Notes: generated by a model from the sequence alone, not told the origin. A stretch of 64,000 bases of DNA from an uncultured Acidobacteriota bacterium (GCA_963720545.1 OY970399.1:2048001-2112000); one strand, 5' to 3'; positions 18,722 to 27,687 are shown, counted from the stretch's first letter. Numbers and translations: made by a program.

Positions 18722-20548
18722 ATGGCGACGCGGCGGCTGACCACCGCGCAGGCGCTGGTCGAGTTCCTGGCGGTGCAGCACACCGTGCGCGACGGTATGG
18801 AGCGGCGGCTGGTGCCGCGCATGCTCGGCATCTTCGGCCACGGCAACGTCGCCGGCATCGGCCAGGCGCTGCAGCAGGCGCGGGCGCGCATGCCGTTCAT
18901 GCTGGTGCGCAACGAACAGGCGATGGTGCACATGGCCGCCGGCTTCGCGAAGATGGCGAACCGCCTGCAGACGCTGGCGTGCACCACATCGGTGGGTCCC
19001 GGCGCCACCAACATGATCACAGGCGCCGCCGGCGCCACCATCAACCGCCTGCCGGTGCTGCTGCTCCCCGGCGACGTGTTCGCGAACCGTTCGGTGAACC
19101 CGGTGCTGCAGCAGCTCGAGCATCCGCTGTCGCCAGATATTTCGGTGAACGATGCTTTTGTGCCAGTAAGCCGCTTCTTCGACCGGATCAACCGGCCCGA
19201 ACAGCTCGCCGCCTCGCTGCTCGAGGCGATGCGCGTCCTGACGAGCCCCGCGGCGACCGGTGCCGTGACCATCGCGATGCCGGAGGACGTGCAAAGCGAG
19301 GCGTGGGACTTTCCCGAGCGCCTGTTCGAGAAGCGAATCTGGCGCGTGGGCCGGCCCGTTCCGGAAGGCGAACAGATCGCCGCCGCGGCGACGCTCATCC
19401 GCGCTGCCGCCAGGCCGATGATCGTCGCGGGCGGCGGGGTGCTCTACTCGGAAGCGAGTGCAGCGCTCGACGCCCTCGTGACGCGAACCGGCATTCCCGT
19501 GGCGGAGACGCAGGCGGGAAAGGGCGCGCTGCCGTTCGACCATCCCGCGGCGCTCGGCGCGATGGGAACCACCGGCACGCCCGGCGCCAACCGCTGCGCC
19601 CGCGAAGCCGACCTCGTCGTCGGCATCGGCACACGGTACTCCGACTTCACCACCGCATCGAAGACGGCGTTCCAGGACGAGGCGGTCCGCTTCGTCAACA
19701 TCAACGTGAGCGCCGCCGATGCCGCGAAACACGCCGGCCTGCCGCTGGTCGGCGACGCGCGTGCCGCGCTCGAAGCGCTGCACCAGGCGCTGGCCGGTCA
19801 TGCGGTGGCGCCGGCGTGGCGTGCCGCGGCGCAGGCGGCAAACAAGGAATGGGACGCCGAGGTCGCGCGGCTCTACGCGCTGGGCCATGGCCCGCTGCCG
19901 GCGCAGAGCGAAGTGATCGGCGCCGTCAACGACACGGCGCAACCACGCGATGTCGTGGTGTGCGCGGCGGGCAGCGCCCCGGGCGACCTGCACAAGCTGT
20001 GGCGCAGCCGCGATCCGAAGGGCTACCACGTCGAGTACGGCTACTCGTGCATGGGCTACGAGATTCCCGGCGGACTCGGCGTGCGGCTCGCAGCCCCCGA
20101 CCGCGACGTGTTCGTGATCGTGGGCGACGGCTCGTGGCTGATGATGTCGAGCGAACTCGCCACCGCCGTGCAGGAACGCATCAAGGTGGTGGTGGTGCTC
20201 ATCGACAACGGCGGCTTTGCCTCGATCGGCGGGCTCTCCGAGTCGCTCGGCAGCGGCGGCTTCGGCACCGTCTATCCGCGGCGGGTCGATTTCGAGGCGA
20301 ACGCGCGCAGCCTGGGTGTCGCGACCACGCTGGCCCCGGACATCGCGAGCCTGCGTGAGGCGCTGCGCGCCGCCAAGGCGGGCAACGCGGCGCACGTCAT
20401 CGTCATCCGCACCGACCGCGAGGCGCGCGTTGGTGGCTACGACAGCTGGTGGGACGTGCCGGCGGCGGAGGTCTCCGAAATGCCGTCGGTCCAGGCCGCG
20501 CGCGCGGCATACGAGGCGGCGCGCCGCAAGAAGCGCGACCTCCTGTAG
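18722..20548 (+). CDS. iolD: 3D-(3,5/4)-trihydroxycyclohexane-1,2-dione acylhydrolase (ThDP-dependent)
   Basis: RLTTAQALVEFL, GIFGHGNVAGIG, RNEQAM, EYGYSCMGYEI, GDGS...DN. Confidence 0.95.
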   Translation: MATRRLTTAQALVEFLAVQHTVRDGMERRLVPRMLGIFGHGNVAGIGQALQQARARMPFMLVRNEQAMVHMAAGFAKMANRLQTLACTTSVGPGATNMITGAAGATINRLPVLLLPGDVFANRSVNPVLQQLEHPLSPDISVNDAFVPVSRFFDRINRPEQLAASLLEAMRVLTSPAATGAVTIAMPEDVQSEAWDFPERLFEKRIWRVGRPVPEGEQIAAAATLIRAAARPMIVAGGGVLYSEASAALDALVTRTGIPVAETQAGKGALPFDHPAALGAMGTTGTPGANRCAREADLVVGIGTRYSDFTTASKTAFQDEAVRFVNINVSAADAAKHAGLPLVGDARAALEALHQALAGHAVAPAWRAAAQAANKEWDAEVARLYALGHGPLPAQSEVIGAVNDTAQPRDVVVCAAGSAPGDLHKLWRSRDPKGYHVEYGYSCMGYEIPGGLGVRLAAPDRDVFVIVGDGSWLMMSSELATAVQERIKVVVVLIDNGGFASIGGLSESLGSGGFGTVYPRRVDFEANARSLGVATTLAPDIASLREALRAAKAGNAAHVIVIRTDREARVGGYDSWWDVPAAEVSEMPSVQAARAAYEAARRKKRDLL

Positions 20549-20564
20549 CTGTAGCATCTTGCGA

Positions 20565-22241
20565 ATGAACGCAAAGACCAGGCCGTTGTCCCTTGCGCTC
20601 GCGGTGCTGGCGCTCGCGTGCCAGTCAACGAGCGGCCAGACGACCGGCGGCACGGCCGCCGCGGCGTCTCCTGCCAAACCCAGACTCATCCTGTTCGTTT
20701 CCGTGGACCAGATGAAAGCGGAGTATTTGCAGCGGTTCGCGCCGCTCTACAAGGCCGGGTTCAAGCGTCTGCTCGACCAGGGTGCGGTCTTCGCCAACGC
20801 CTACTACCGCCACGCCAACACCGAGACCGGGCCCGGGCATTCGGTGCTGCTCTCGGGGCGACACGCCGACACTTCCGGGATTGTCTCGAACGAGTGGTAC
20901 GACGAGCGCATCGCCGGCGAACTGAACGTGGTGGGCGACCCGGTGCAGACGACGGTTGGCGGCAAGGGTTTCGCGGCGTCGCCGGCGAATTTCCTGGCAA
21001 CGACCGTTGGCGACGCCTTGAAGAAGGCAAACCCGGCGTCGCGCGTCCTCGGCGTGTCGATGAAGGACCGCTCGGCCATTCTCATGGCCGGCCGCCGCGC
21101 CGACGGCGCCTTCTGGTACGAGGGCAGCACCGGCCAGTTCATCAGCAGCACCTACTATTTTCGCGACGGCAAGGCGCCCGCCTGGCTCGACCAGTGGAAC
21201 GCGGCGCGCAAGATCGACGCTTACGCCGGCAAGAGCTGGGAACGGCTGCTCGGCGACCTCGCGATCTATGAAAAGTATGCCGGCCCCGACGCGGTCGAGG
21301 GCGAGTCGGACCGCAAAGCCATCCTTTTCCCGCACCCGGTCGTCGGCGAAGCGGGTTCGGCGAAGCTCGGCGATTCGGTGCGCGCCACGCCGTTCATCGA
21401 CGAGCTGACCCTCGACATCGCGCTGCGCGTCGTGGACGAGTACCAGCTGGGCAAGGACGACGTCACCGACCTGCTGGCGGTGGGCTTCTCGGCCAACGAC
21501 GTCGTCGGCCACATGTACGGGCCCGACAGCCAGGAGATGCTCGACCAGCAGTTGCGCCTCGACCAGACCCTGGGCCGGCTGTTCGACGCCATCGACGAAC
21601 GGGTTGGCAAAGGCAACTGGGTGTTCGGCCTGTCTGCCGACCACGGCGCCATGCCCCTCGTCGAGGTGCTGCAAAAGCAGGGCCTGCCGGCCAAGCGCAT
21701 TCGCGACGAAGACGTGTTCGGCCCGGTGCAGGCGGCGGTGGCGCGGGCGTTTCCGGGCAAGGCCGACCTGCTGAATCCGTACGACGCGAGCCCGCCGAAC
21801 GGCTACCTCAACCTCGCGGCAATCCAGGCCGCGGGCCTGAAGCGCGCCGACGTGGAAGCGGTGGTGCGCAAGGCGCTGATGGCCACCGGCCTGGTCGACC
21901 GCGTCTACATGCATTCCGACTTCATCGGCGACCCGCCCGCGGACGATCCCGAGTTTCCGCTGTTCCGCGCCGCGTTCTTCGCGCCGCGCAGCCCGCACTA
22001 CATCGTCCGCCTGAAGAAGTGGCTGTATCTCAGCGATCGCCCGGGTGGCACCGGCCACGGCACGGTCCAGGAGTACGACCGCCACGTACCCGTAGCTTTC
22101 ATGGGACCGTGGATCAAGCACGGCGCCTTCACGGCGTCGGCCGGCCCTGAAGACATCGCGCCGACGCTGTCGAAGATCCTGGGCTTCGACTACCGGCTCG
22201 AGAAGGGCCAGCGGATCCTGGAGGAAGCACTGGCGCGATGA
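20565..22241 (+). CDS. Alkaline phosphatase-family lipoprotein (PafA-like)
   Basis: Lipobox LALAC, SVDQM, TETGPGH (Thr nucleophile), SMKDRSA, DVVGHMYGPDS, SADHG. Confidence 0.88.
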   Translation: MNAKTRPLSLALAVLALACQSTSGQTTGGTAAAASPAKPRLILFVSVDQMKAEYLQRFAPLYKAGFKRLLDQGAVFANAYYRHANTETGPGHSVLLSGRHADTSGIVSNEWYDERIAGELNVVGDPVQTTVGGKGFAASPANFLATTVGDALKKANPASRVLGVSMKDRSAILMAGRRADGAFWYEGSTGQFISSTYYFRDGKAPAWLDQWNAARKIDAYAGKSWERLLGDLAIYEKYAGPDAVEGESDRKAILFPHPVVGEAGSAKLGDSVRATPFIDELTLDIALRVVDEYQLGKDDVTDLLAVGFSANDVVGHMYGPDSQEMLDQQLRLDQTLGRLFDAIDERVGKGNWVFGLSADHGAMPLVEVLQKQGLPAKRIRDEDVFGPVQAAVARAFPGKADLLNPYDASPPNGYLNLAAIQAAGLKRADVEAVVRKALMATGLVDRVYMHSDFIGDPPADDPEFPLFRAAFFAPRSPHYIVRLKKWLYLSDRPGGTGHGTVQEYDRHVPVAFMGPWIKHGAFTASAGPEDIAPTLSKILGFDYRLEKGQRILEEALAR

Positions 22242-23287
22242 AAATGCGCCTCACCACCGAGCGCGGCGCCGATTTCTGGAACGACTCGTGCGCGCCCAAC
22301 GAGCTGGCGGAGGCGGTGGCGGCCGGCGCCACCGGCGCTACTTCCAACCCGGTCATCGTGTACGCGGCCGTCAAGGCCGACCCGAAGACCTGGATGCCGG
22401 TGATCGACGGCCTCATCGCCGAGCGGACGACCGCTACCGAAGACGACATCGCCTGGGGCCTCATCGAGAGCGTCGGGGCACGCGCGAGTGCGGTGCTCGA
22501 CCCGACTTATGAGCGCACCGCCGGACGCAAGGGCTTTCTCTCGATGCAGGTGAGCCCGAAGCTGTACCGCGACGCCGCGGGCATGGCGAAGCACGGCCGG
22601 CAGCTCGCGGGGGTGGCGCGCAACGTGGCCATCAAGGTGCCCTCGACCGCAGCTGGGATCGCCGCGGGCGTCGAACTGGTGCAGGGTGGCATCAGCGTCA
22701 ACGCCACGGTGAGCTTCACGCTGTCGCAGGTGCTCGCCACGGCCGAGGCGTTCGAGAAGGCGCTCGACGAGGCGCGACAGAAAGGCGCCGACATGACGCG
22801 CCTGCACACCTATATCACCCTCATGGCGGGCCGCCTCGACGACCATCTGCAGCGGGTGATGGCGAAGGAGGGTGTGGTCATCGACCCCGGCCTGCTGCAC
22901 TGGGCCGGCATCGCCGTGTTCAAGAAGGCGCGCCGCATCTTCAAGGAGCGCGGCTATCGCAGCACGCTGCTGGCCGCGGCCTACCGCCATCACCTGCACT
23001 GGTCGCAGCTGATAGGCGAGGGCGTCATCCTCACTATCCCCTACGCGTGGTGGAAGCAGTTCGACGCATCGGACATCGCCGTCACCGACACGCTCGACAC
23101 GCCGGTGAACCCGGCCACGGTGCAGGCGCTCTACGACAACTTCGGCGAATTCCGCGCGGCCTACGACGAAGGTGCCATCACGGCCGACCGTTTTGCGAGC
23201 TACGGCGCCTCGGTCCACACCCTGAACCAGTTCCTCGCCGGCTACCAGGACCTCGTGGGCCTGGTCCGCGACCGCATGCTGCGCTAG
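22238..23287 (+). CDS. Transaldolase-family protein
   Basis: WNDS, GATSNP, NVAIKVP (catalytic Lys), SVNATVSF, GRLDD. Confidence 0.85.
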   Translation: MKMRLTTERGADFWNDSCAPNELAEAVAAGATGATSNPVIVYAAVKADPKTWMPVIDGLIAERTTATEDDIAWGLIESVGARASAVLDPTYERTAGRKGFLSMQVSPKLYRDAAGMAKHGRQLAGVARNVAIKVPSTAAGIAAGVELVQGGISVNATVSFTLSQVLATAEAFEKALDEARQKGADMTRLHTYITLMAGRLDDHLQRVMAKEGVVIDPGLLHWAGIAVFKKARRIFKERGYRSTLLAAAYRHHLHWSQLIGEGVILTIPYAWWKQFDASDIAVTDTLDTPVNPATVQALYDNFGEFRAAYDEGAITADRFASYGASVHTLNQFLAGYQDLVGLVRDRMLR

Positions 23288-24769
23288 CTAGGCGAGACGC
23301 GCCGCGGCGGTTTGCAGCCGCGCCACCACCCGCCCCCGACCCAGGCACAAGAGCACGTCGAAGAGACTCGGTCCCACCGAATTGCCGGTGACCGCGGTGC
23401 GCGCGGCATTGATGAGCACTCCCGCCTTCACCGCGAGCTCGTCGGCGAACCCGCGCAGCGCCGTTTCGAGCGCATCGTGCTCCCAAGCCGGCAGCGCCTC
23501 GTACCGCTTCGCAAGCTCAGGCAGCCAGCCCGCGAGCCGCGGCTCCTTACGCAGGTTCTTGGCGAACGCTTCTTCTTCCATGTCAAAGGTGTCGCTGAAA
23601 TAGGCGCGCCCCGGCCCGGCGAAATCGAGCAAAGTGATGAAGCGCTGGCGGATGAGGTCGACGGCACCCGAAAACCAGCTCCGTTCCGCCCCGCCAGCCG
23701 CCCAACCCTCTTGCCACAAGTCGGCGCTGCGCAGCACCTGCTCCACTTTCGGCAGCAGGTCCTCGAGCGGCATCTTCGACATGTACTGCTGGTTGAGGAA
23801 GAGCGCCTTGCGGTCGGTCCACTGCCGCGGGTCGGTCTCGGAGAAGTTGAGGATGGCGTTGGAGCGCGAGACGCCCTCGAACGAGAACGCCTGGATCAGC
23901 TCGTCGGTGGTGAACATCTCCTGGTCGGTGCCCGGCGACCAGCCGATGAGCGCCAGGAAATTGCGGAACGCCTCGGGCAGGATGCCGCGGTCGCGGTAGG
24001 TGGTGAGCGAAACCACCGGACCGTGGCGCCGCTTGCTGAGCTTGGTGCGGTCGGGCGCGTTGATGAGCGGCAGGTGGGCGAAGGCCGGCGGCTGACGGTC
24101 GAGCGCCTGGTAGAGCAGGATCTGCTTGTGGGTGTTCGAGATGTGGTCCTGGCCGCGGATCACGAACGTGATCGCCATCTCGATGTCGTCGCAGACGACC
24201 ACGTGGTTGTAGAGCGGCGAGCCGTCCGGACGCAGCAGCGCGAAGTCTTCGATGTCGGCATAGCGGCGCGACTGTGTCCCATAGACACGATCTTCGAAAC
24301 TGGTTTCGCCTTCGCCATCCGGAACGCGAAAGCGGATAGTGAACGCAGCACCGGCGTCGGCGCGCTGTTGTGATTCGGAATGAGACAGGTTGCGGCTTGC
24401 CTGGTCGCGCAACCACGGACGCTTGGCGGCATCGGCCGCCTTGCGCTGCGCGTCGAGCTCTTCGCTGGTGGCGAACGAGCGATAGGCCTTGCCCTCCGCG
24501 AGCAGCCGGTGCGCAACCTCGCGGTGGCGCGCGACGCCGTCGCTTTGCAGGAACGGCCCCTCGTCCCATTGCAGCCCGAGCCACTCGAGACCTTCGAGGA
24601 TGCTGCGGGTCTTCGCTTCGTCCGAGCGTTCCTTGTCGGTGTCCTCGATGCGAAGGATGAAGGTGCCCGAATTCTTCTTCGCCCAAAGCCAGTTGAAGAG
24701 CGCGGTGCGCGCACCGCCAACGTGCAGGTAGCCGGTTGGCGAGGGCGCAAAGCGCACGCGTAGTGTCAT
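23288..24769 (-). CDS. gltX: Glutamate--tRNA ligase
   Basis: RVRFAPSPTGYLHVGG (HIGH motif), LRIEDTD, KLSKR (KMSKS motif). Confidence 0.96.
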   Translation of the reverse strand: MTLRVRFAPSPTGYLHVGGARTALFNWLWAKKNSGTFILRIEDTDKERSDEAKTRSILEGLEWLGLQWDEGPFLQSDGVARHREVAHRLLAEGKAYRSFATSEELDAQRKAADAAKRPWLRDQASRNLSHSESQQRADAGAAFTIRFRVPDGEGETSFEDRVYGTQSRRYADIEDFALLRPDGSPLYNHVVVCDDIEMAITFVIRGQDHISNTHKQILLYQALDRQPPAFAHLPLINAPDRTKLSKRRHGPVVSLTTYRDRGILPEAFRNFLALIGWSPGTDQEMFTTDELIQAFSFEGVSRSNAILNFSETDPRQWTDRKALFLNQQYMSKMPLEDLLPKVEQVLRSADLWQEGWAAGGAERSWFSGAVDLIRQRFITLLDFAGPGRAYFSDTFDMEEEAFAKNLRKEPRLAGWLPELAKRYEALPAWEHDALETALRGFADELAVKAGVLINAARTAVTGNSVGPSLFDVLLCLGRGRVVARLQTAAARLA

Positions 24770-24821
24770 TTGTCCCTAGTTTGAGGCAAGACGGCGGGCG
24801 CCGAGGCTGCGCCCGCGACCG

Positions 24822-25520
24822 TTAGGCCGTAGCCGACTTCATCCGCCGGCTCTTGCGAACCTTTTCCCGCGGAATGTTGTAGCGCGCCAGGCGCAGGTAG
24901 ATGGTGCGGCGGGTGACGCCCATGAGCCGCGAAACCCGGGCGATGTTCCACTCGTTGCGGTTCAGGAGCAAAAGGAGCTTTTCCCGCTCCATGTCTTCGA
25001 CGGGGGTCCGCTCGAGGTAGGTTTCCCACTCCTCGACGCTGCGGGTCCGCTCCCGGCCAAAGGTGGCGTCGTTGACCGCCTTGGCGATTATCCGGGAGAA
25101 CTTGGCAAGCCGAGGGATGTCGTGCGGTTCGCAGAAGTGCGGATCGGCGCTATCTATATAGATGAGGGCAACGATGGAGCCGGAGTCGTGAACGGGCACC
25201 ACGGCGAAGCTGGCGATAGCCGTATCGTCGAGGTTTACGCGCCTATCCGCTGATTTATCAGTGACATAGAAGGTATTACCCTTCTCGAGAAAGTCCCGTT
25301 CGCGTTCCCAGACCCCCCCGGCGACGTCGAGAACCGACTGGTCCACCCGACTGGAGGCAAAAAGCCGTATTTTGGAGCCTTCCAGCGTAAAAACGGCCGC
25401 AGAACGGCCATTTGTCAGGGAAGCCATCACTTCCAGCGTGCGCTCAGCCAGCCGCTTGGGGTCGTCCGCCCCCACCACCAGATTTGTAAACGAATCGATC
25501 AGATCCACGTGCGGGTTCAT
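24822..25520 (-). CDS. GAF-like domain plus Fis-type HTH regulator without AAA+ domain
   Basis: SFAVVPV...VALIYID GAF-like strands; C-terminal WNIARVSRLMGVTRRTIYLRL Fis-type HTH; ATG preceded by GAGGAG. Confidence 0.8.
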   Translation of the reverse strand: MNPHVDLIDSFTNLVVGADDPKRLAERTLEVMASLTNGRSAAVFTLEGSKIRLFASSRVDQSVLDVAGGVWERERDFLEKGNTFYVTDKSADRRVNLDDTAIASFAVVPVHDSGSIVALIYIDSADPHFCEPHDIPRLAKFSRIIAKAVNDATFGRERTRSVEEWETYLERTPVEDMEREKLLLLLNRNEWNIARVSRLMGVTRRTIYLRLARYNIPREKVRKSRRMKSATA

Positions 25521-25731
25521 GCCTGCTCCTCGACGGACTGACTGTATACCCCGACCAGCCCGGCCGTTTGTGATGGGGGATGTCTTAGGAAGCAGTATAA
25601 ATCGTATTGACGAGTAGGTGTATACTTTCCACCGTTTCCTGCTACCCAACAGAGTAGGCGGAGATACGGGCTAGATCACAAAAGAAGTTGGGACGAGGCA
25701 TTGGTAGTTCGTATCTCTCAGATTTAAATCA

Positions 25732-25757
25732 GTTTTTCGATGTACACATCGAAAAAC
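25732..25757. promoter_or_regulatory. Perfect inverted repeat (operator-like) upstream of the repeat-peptide gene
   Basis: GTTTTTCGATGT-AC-ACATCGAAAAAC, 12-bp arms, ending 5 nt before the GAGGA RBS. Confidence 0.7.
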
Positions 25758-25771
25758 ACAAAGAGGATGAA

Positions 25772-26131
25772 ATGCGTAAGTCGTTTGTGATTGCTGTCAC
25801 TCTTTCGTGTGTCGCGTTAGGTTTTGCGGCGCTCCAATCGTCTGGCGCAAAACAAGCGCACGGCTTCACGAGTGGTCCACCAAGCGTGCAGCTTGCACAT
25901 GGCTTCACGAGTGGTCCGCCCAACGTTCGCGTTGCCCACGGCTTCACGAGCGGTCCGCCGAGCGTCCACGTTGCGCATGGCTTCACCAGCGGTCCGCCGA
26001 ACGTTCGCGTTGCGCATGGCTTCACCAGCGGTCCGCCGGCCGTTCGCGTTGCACATGGCTTCACGAGCGGTCCGCCCAACGTTCGCGTTGCCCATGGCTT
26101 CACCAGTGGTCCGCCGAGGGTCGTCGCCTAG
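25772..26131 (+). CDS. Secreted multi-core peptide precursor (signal peptide plus 7 x AHGFTSGPP), 119 aa
   Basis: GAGGA RBS; MRKSFVIAVTLSCVALGFAA signal-like N-terminus; seven in-frame 13-aa units with only synonymous changes in the core. Confidence 0.85.
   Translation: MRKSFVIAVTLSCVALGFAALQSSGAKQAHGFTSGPPSVQLAHGFTSGPPNVRVAHGFTSGPPSVHVAHGFTSGPPNVRVAHGFTSGPPAVRVAHGFTSGPPNVRVAHGFTSGPPRVVA
25856..26128 (+). repeat. Seven tandem 39-bp coding repeats
   Basis: Units start at 25856, 25895, 25934, 25973, 26012, 26051 and 26090; consensus GCNCAYGGCTTCACSAGYGGTCCRCCN plus 12 variable nt. Confidence 0.95.
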
Positions 26132-26204
26132 GGTGACAAAGCGCCAGCCGCCGCTCAGGCGTACGTCACGCGGTACCAAACGCCTCCTGTCTTAGGATCA
26201 ATCG

Positions 26205-26933
26205 ATGGCCTCTGCCCCCGCGCCGTGGATTGGAACGTGCATCGAGTGGGCGACCAACGTAGTCGTTATCCTGGCGTTGGTGGGGCTGGTCTACCGACGG
26301 AAATACCGGCAGTCCACGCTTATTGGCATCTATCTCGCCAGCGCTTTGATAACCGATCAAATGATGCTCCGCTGGCCAACGCGTTTTTTCAATCGTTCCT
26401 TTTGGTTTGGGAAGGAACTGCTTCTCAACGTCCTCATGCTGGGTGTGGCGTATGAGGTTGGTCTCCGCGTGCTCCGCGCTTTCCCCGGTGCGCGATCGAC
26501 AGCGCGCCTCTTTGTCGGCCTGATACTGATCGGAACAACCGTCTCTTTGCTTCCGGTGTGGCCAGACGGCGGCGGGGTCACCGGCGCAGCGGTCACCCTG
26601 CAAACAAGGCTTCTTAACGGATCTGTGTGGCTTTTTAGCGGGCTCTCGGCAGTTATTCTTTGGTACCGGCTTCCGGTCGCGCGGCTACAAAAAGCCGTAC
26701 TGGTCGGTTTCGTACCTTTCCTACTCGCGTCAACTGCGGGTCTCAACGTCATTCAGTCCGCAACGACACCGGAGACTCTCGCCGCAATCAAACCGTCGAT
26801 GAATCTGGCTCTCGCCGGTGCCTACCTGGGTCTTGTCACTTATTGGGCGTATGTCATCTGGAAAACCGCCGAGGACACGCTGCAGCGTGGCGAACCAGCT
26901 CATGCCGCGAAGAACGCCACCCAACCCCTGTGA
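26205..26933 (+). CDS. Predicted 7-transmembrane protein of unknown family (candidate peptide receptor)
   Basis: Seven hydrophobic segments by eye with basic loops (YRRKYR, RVLRAFPGAR, WYRLPVARLQK); AGGA RBS; no enzymatic domain. Confidence 0.78.
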   Translation: MASAPAPWIGTCIEWATNVVVILALVGLVYRRKYRQSTLIGIYLASALITDQMMLRWPTRFFNRSFWFGKELLLNVLMLGVAYEVGLRVLRAFPGARSTARLFVGLILIGTTVSLLPVWPDGGGVTGAAVTLQTRLLNGSVWLFSGLSAVILWYRLPVARLQKAVLVGFVPFLLASTAGLNVIQSATTPETLAAIKPSMNLALAGAYLGLVTYWAYVIWKTAEDTLQRGEPAHAAKNATQPL

Positions 26934-27009
26934 TTTCCGTCACATCCGGGGGGGCCCTGTGCGCTGGGCAACTAGCGCGCCCTAGATCGGTGCTACGATC
27001 CCAAATCTT

Positions 27010-27687
27010 ATGTGGTGGATGGTTGCAACAACGGCAATGGGCGCTTTGGCCCTCCTCTTCCTGCTCGGCAAGCGGAACGAGACCGAGGTCCAGCGCGACT
27101 GGGACACTCTCCTCACGCCAAAGGGCGAAAAGCTCTACCACGCGATTGAAAACCGGTTCCGAGTGGAGCTCGCCTTGGCTGAGATGACCTACGAGGACGC
27201 TTTCTCGGTGCGTGAACTCGGGTCGCACGAGGAGGCGATGCACCTCCTCGATGTCGGCTTCAAGGCCATTGAGCGCTTCTCGCCGGACATGATGAAGATG
27301 CTGTCCACGATGACCGTCTTCTCGCGCATGGTCTCGGCGATGGCGCCGGTTCGTCCGCTGCGGCCCGCCGATTTCAAGCTTTCGCAGCTCGCGAGCCTTG
27401 CGCACCTCAACCGCATCCTGCACCACTTCGTGATCTCGACTTCGGAACGCTATCGCCTGCGCCTGTACATGATTGGCCGCGGCTTCGGCATGGCCGGCCG
27501 CCAGCTCATGAAGTCCACCAAGCGCATCGTCGACAGCTCGCCCGATTCGGCGCTCGAGTGGCAGCAGATCCGCGCGATCCGCCACGACTTCCAGACCCTG
27601 ACCGACGAATCTCTCGAGAGCCTGCGCGTCCTGCTCACTTCGCTGGCAGCCGAACGCAAGGACGTCTACCAGAAGATCGTCGTCTAG
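27010..27687 (+). CDS. Hypothetical protein with N-terminal membrane anchor and alpha-helical soluble domain
   Basis: MWWMVATTAMGALALLFLLGKR anchor; amphipathic helical body; GC3-rich codon usage like host genes. Confidence 0.78.
   Translation: MWWMVATTAMGALALLFLLGKRNETEVQRDWDTLLTPKGEKLYHAIENRFRVELALAEMTYEDAFSVRELGSHEEAMHLLDVGFKAIERFSPDMMKMLSTMTVFSRMVSAMAPVRPLRPADFKLSQLASLAHLNRILHHFVISTSERYRLRLYMIGRGFGMAGRQLMKSTKRIVDSSPDSALEWQQIRAIRHDFQTLTDESLESLRVLLTSLAAERKDVYQKIVV

Noticed and set aside
25688..25705. Sigma54 -24/-12 promoter (TGGGACGAGGCATTGG)
   Set aside because: Spacing and bases do not fit TGGCAC-N5-TTGC, and the adjacent regulators lack the AAA+ domain.
25856..26128. 39-bp periodic repeat as a CRISPR array
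   Set aside because: The variable part is only 12 nt and recurs (NVRV three times), repeat variation is confined to third codon positions, the unit is in frame inside an ORF with RBS and signal peptide, and no cas genes are present.
25772..26131. Classical RiPP biosynthetic cluster
   Set aside because: No YcaO, radical SAM, lanthipeptide, ATP-grasp, PatA/G-like protease or C39 transporter gene is nearby. Modification in trans cannot be excluded.
26205..26933. Microbial rhodopsin
   Set aside because: There is no retinal-binding Lys motif (DxxxK) in the middle of helix 7 and no RYxDW-like motif in helix 3.
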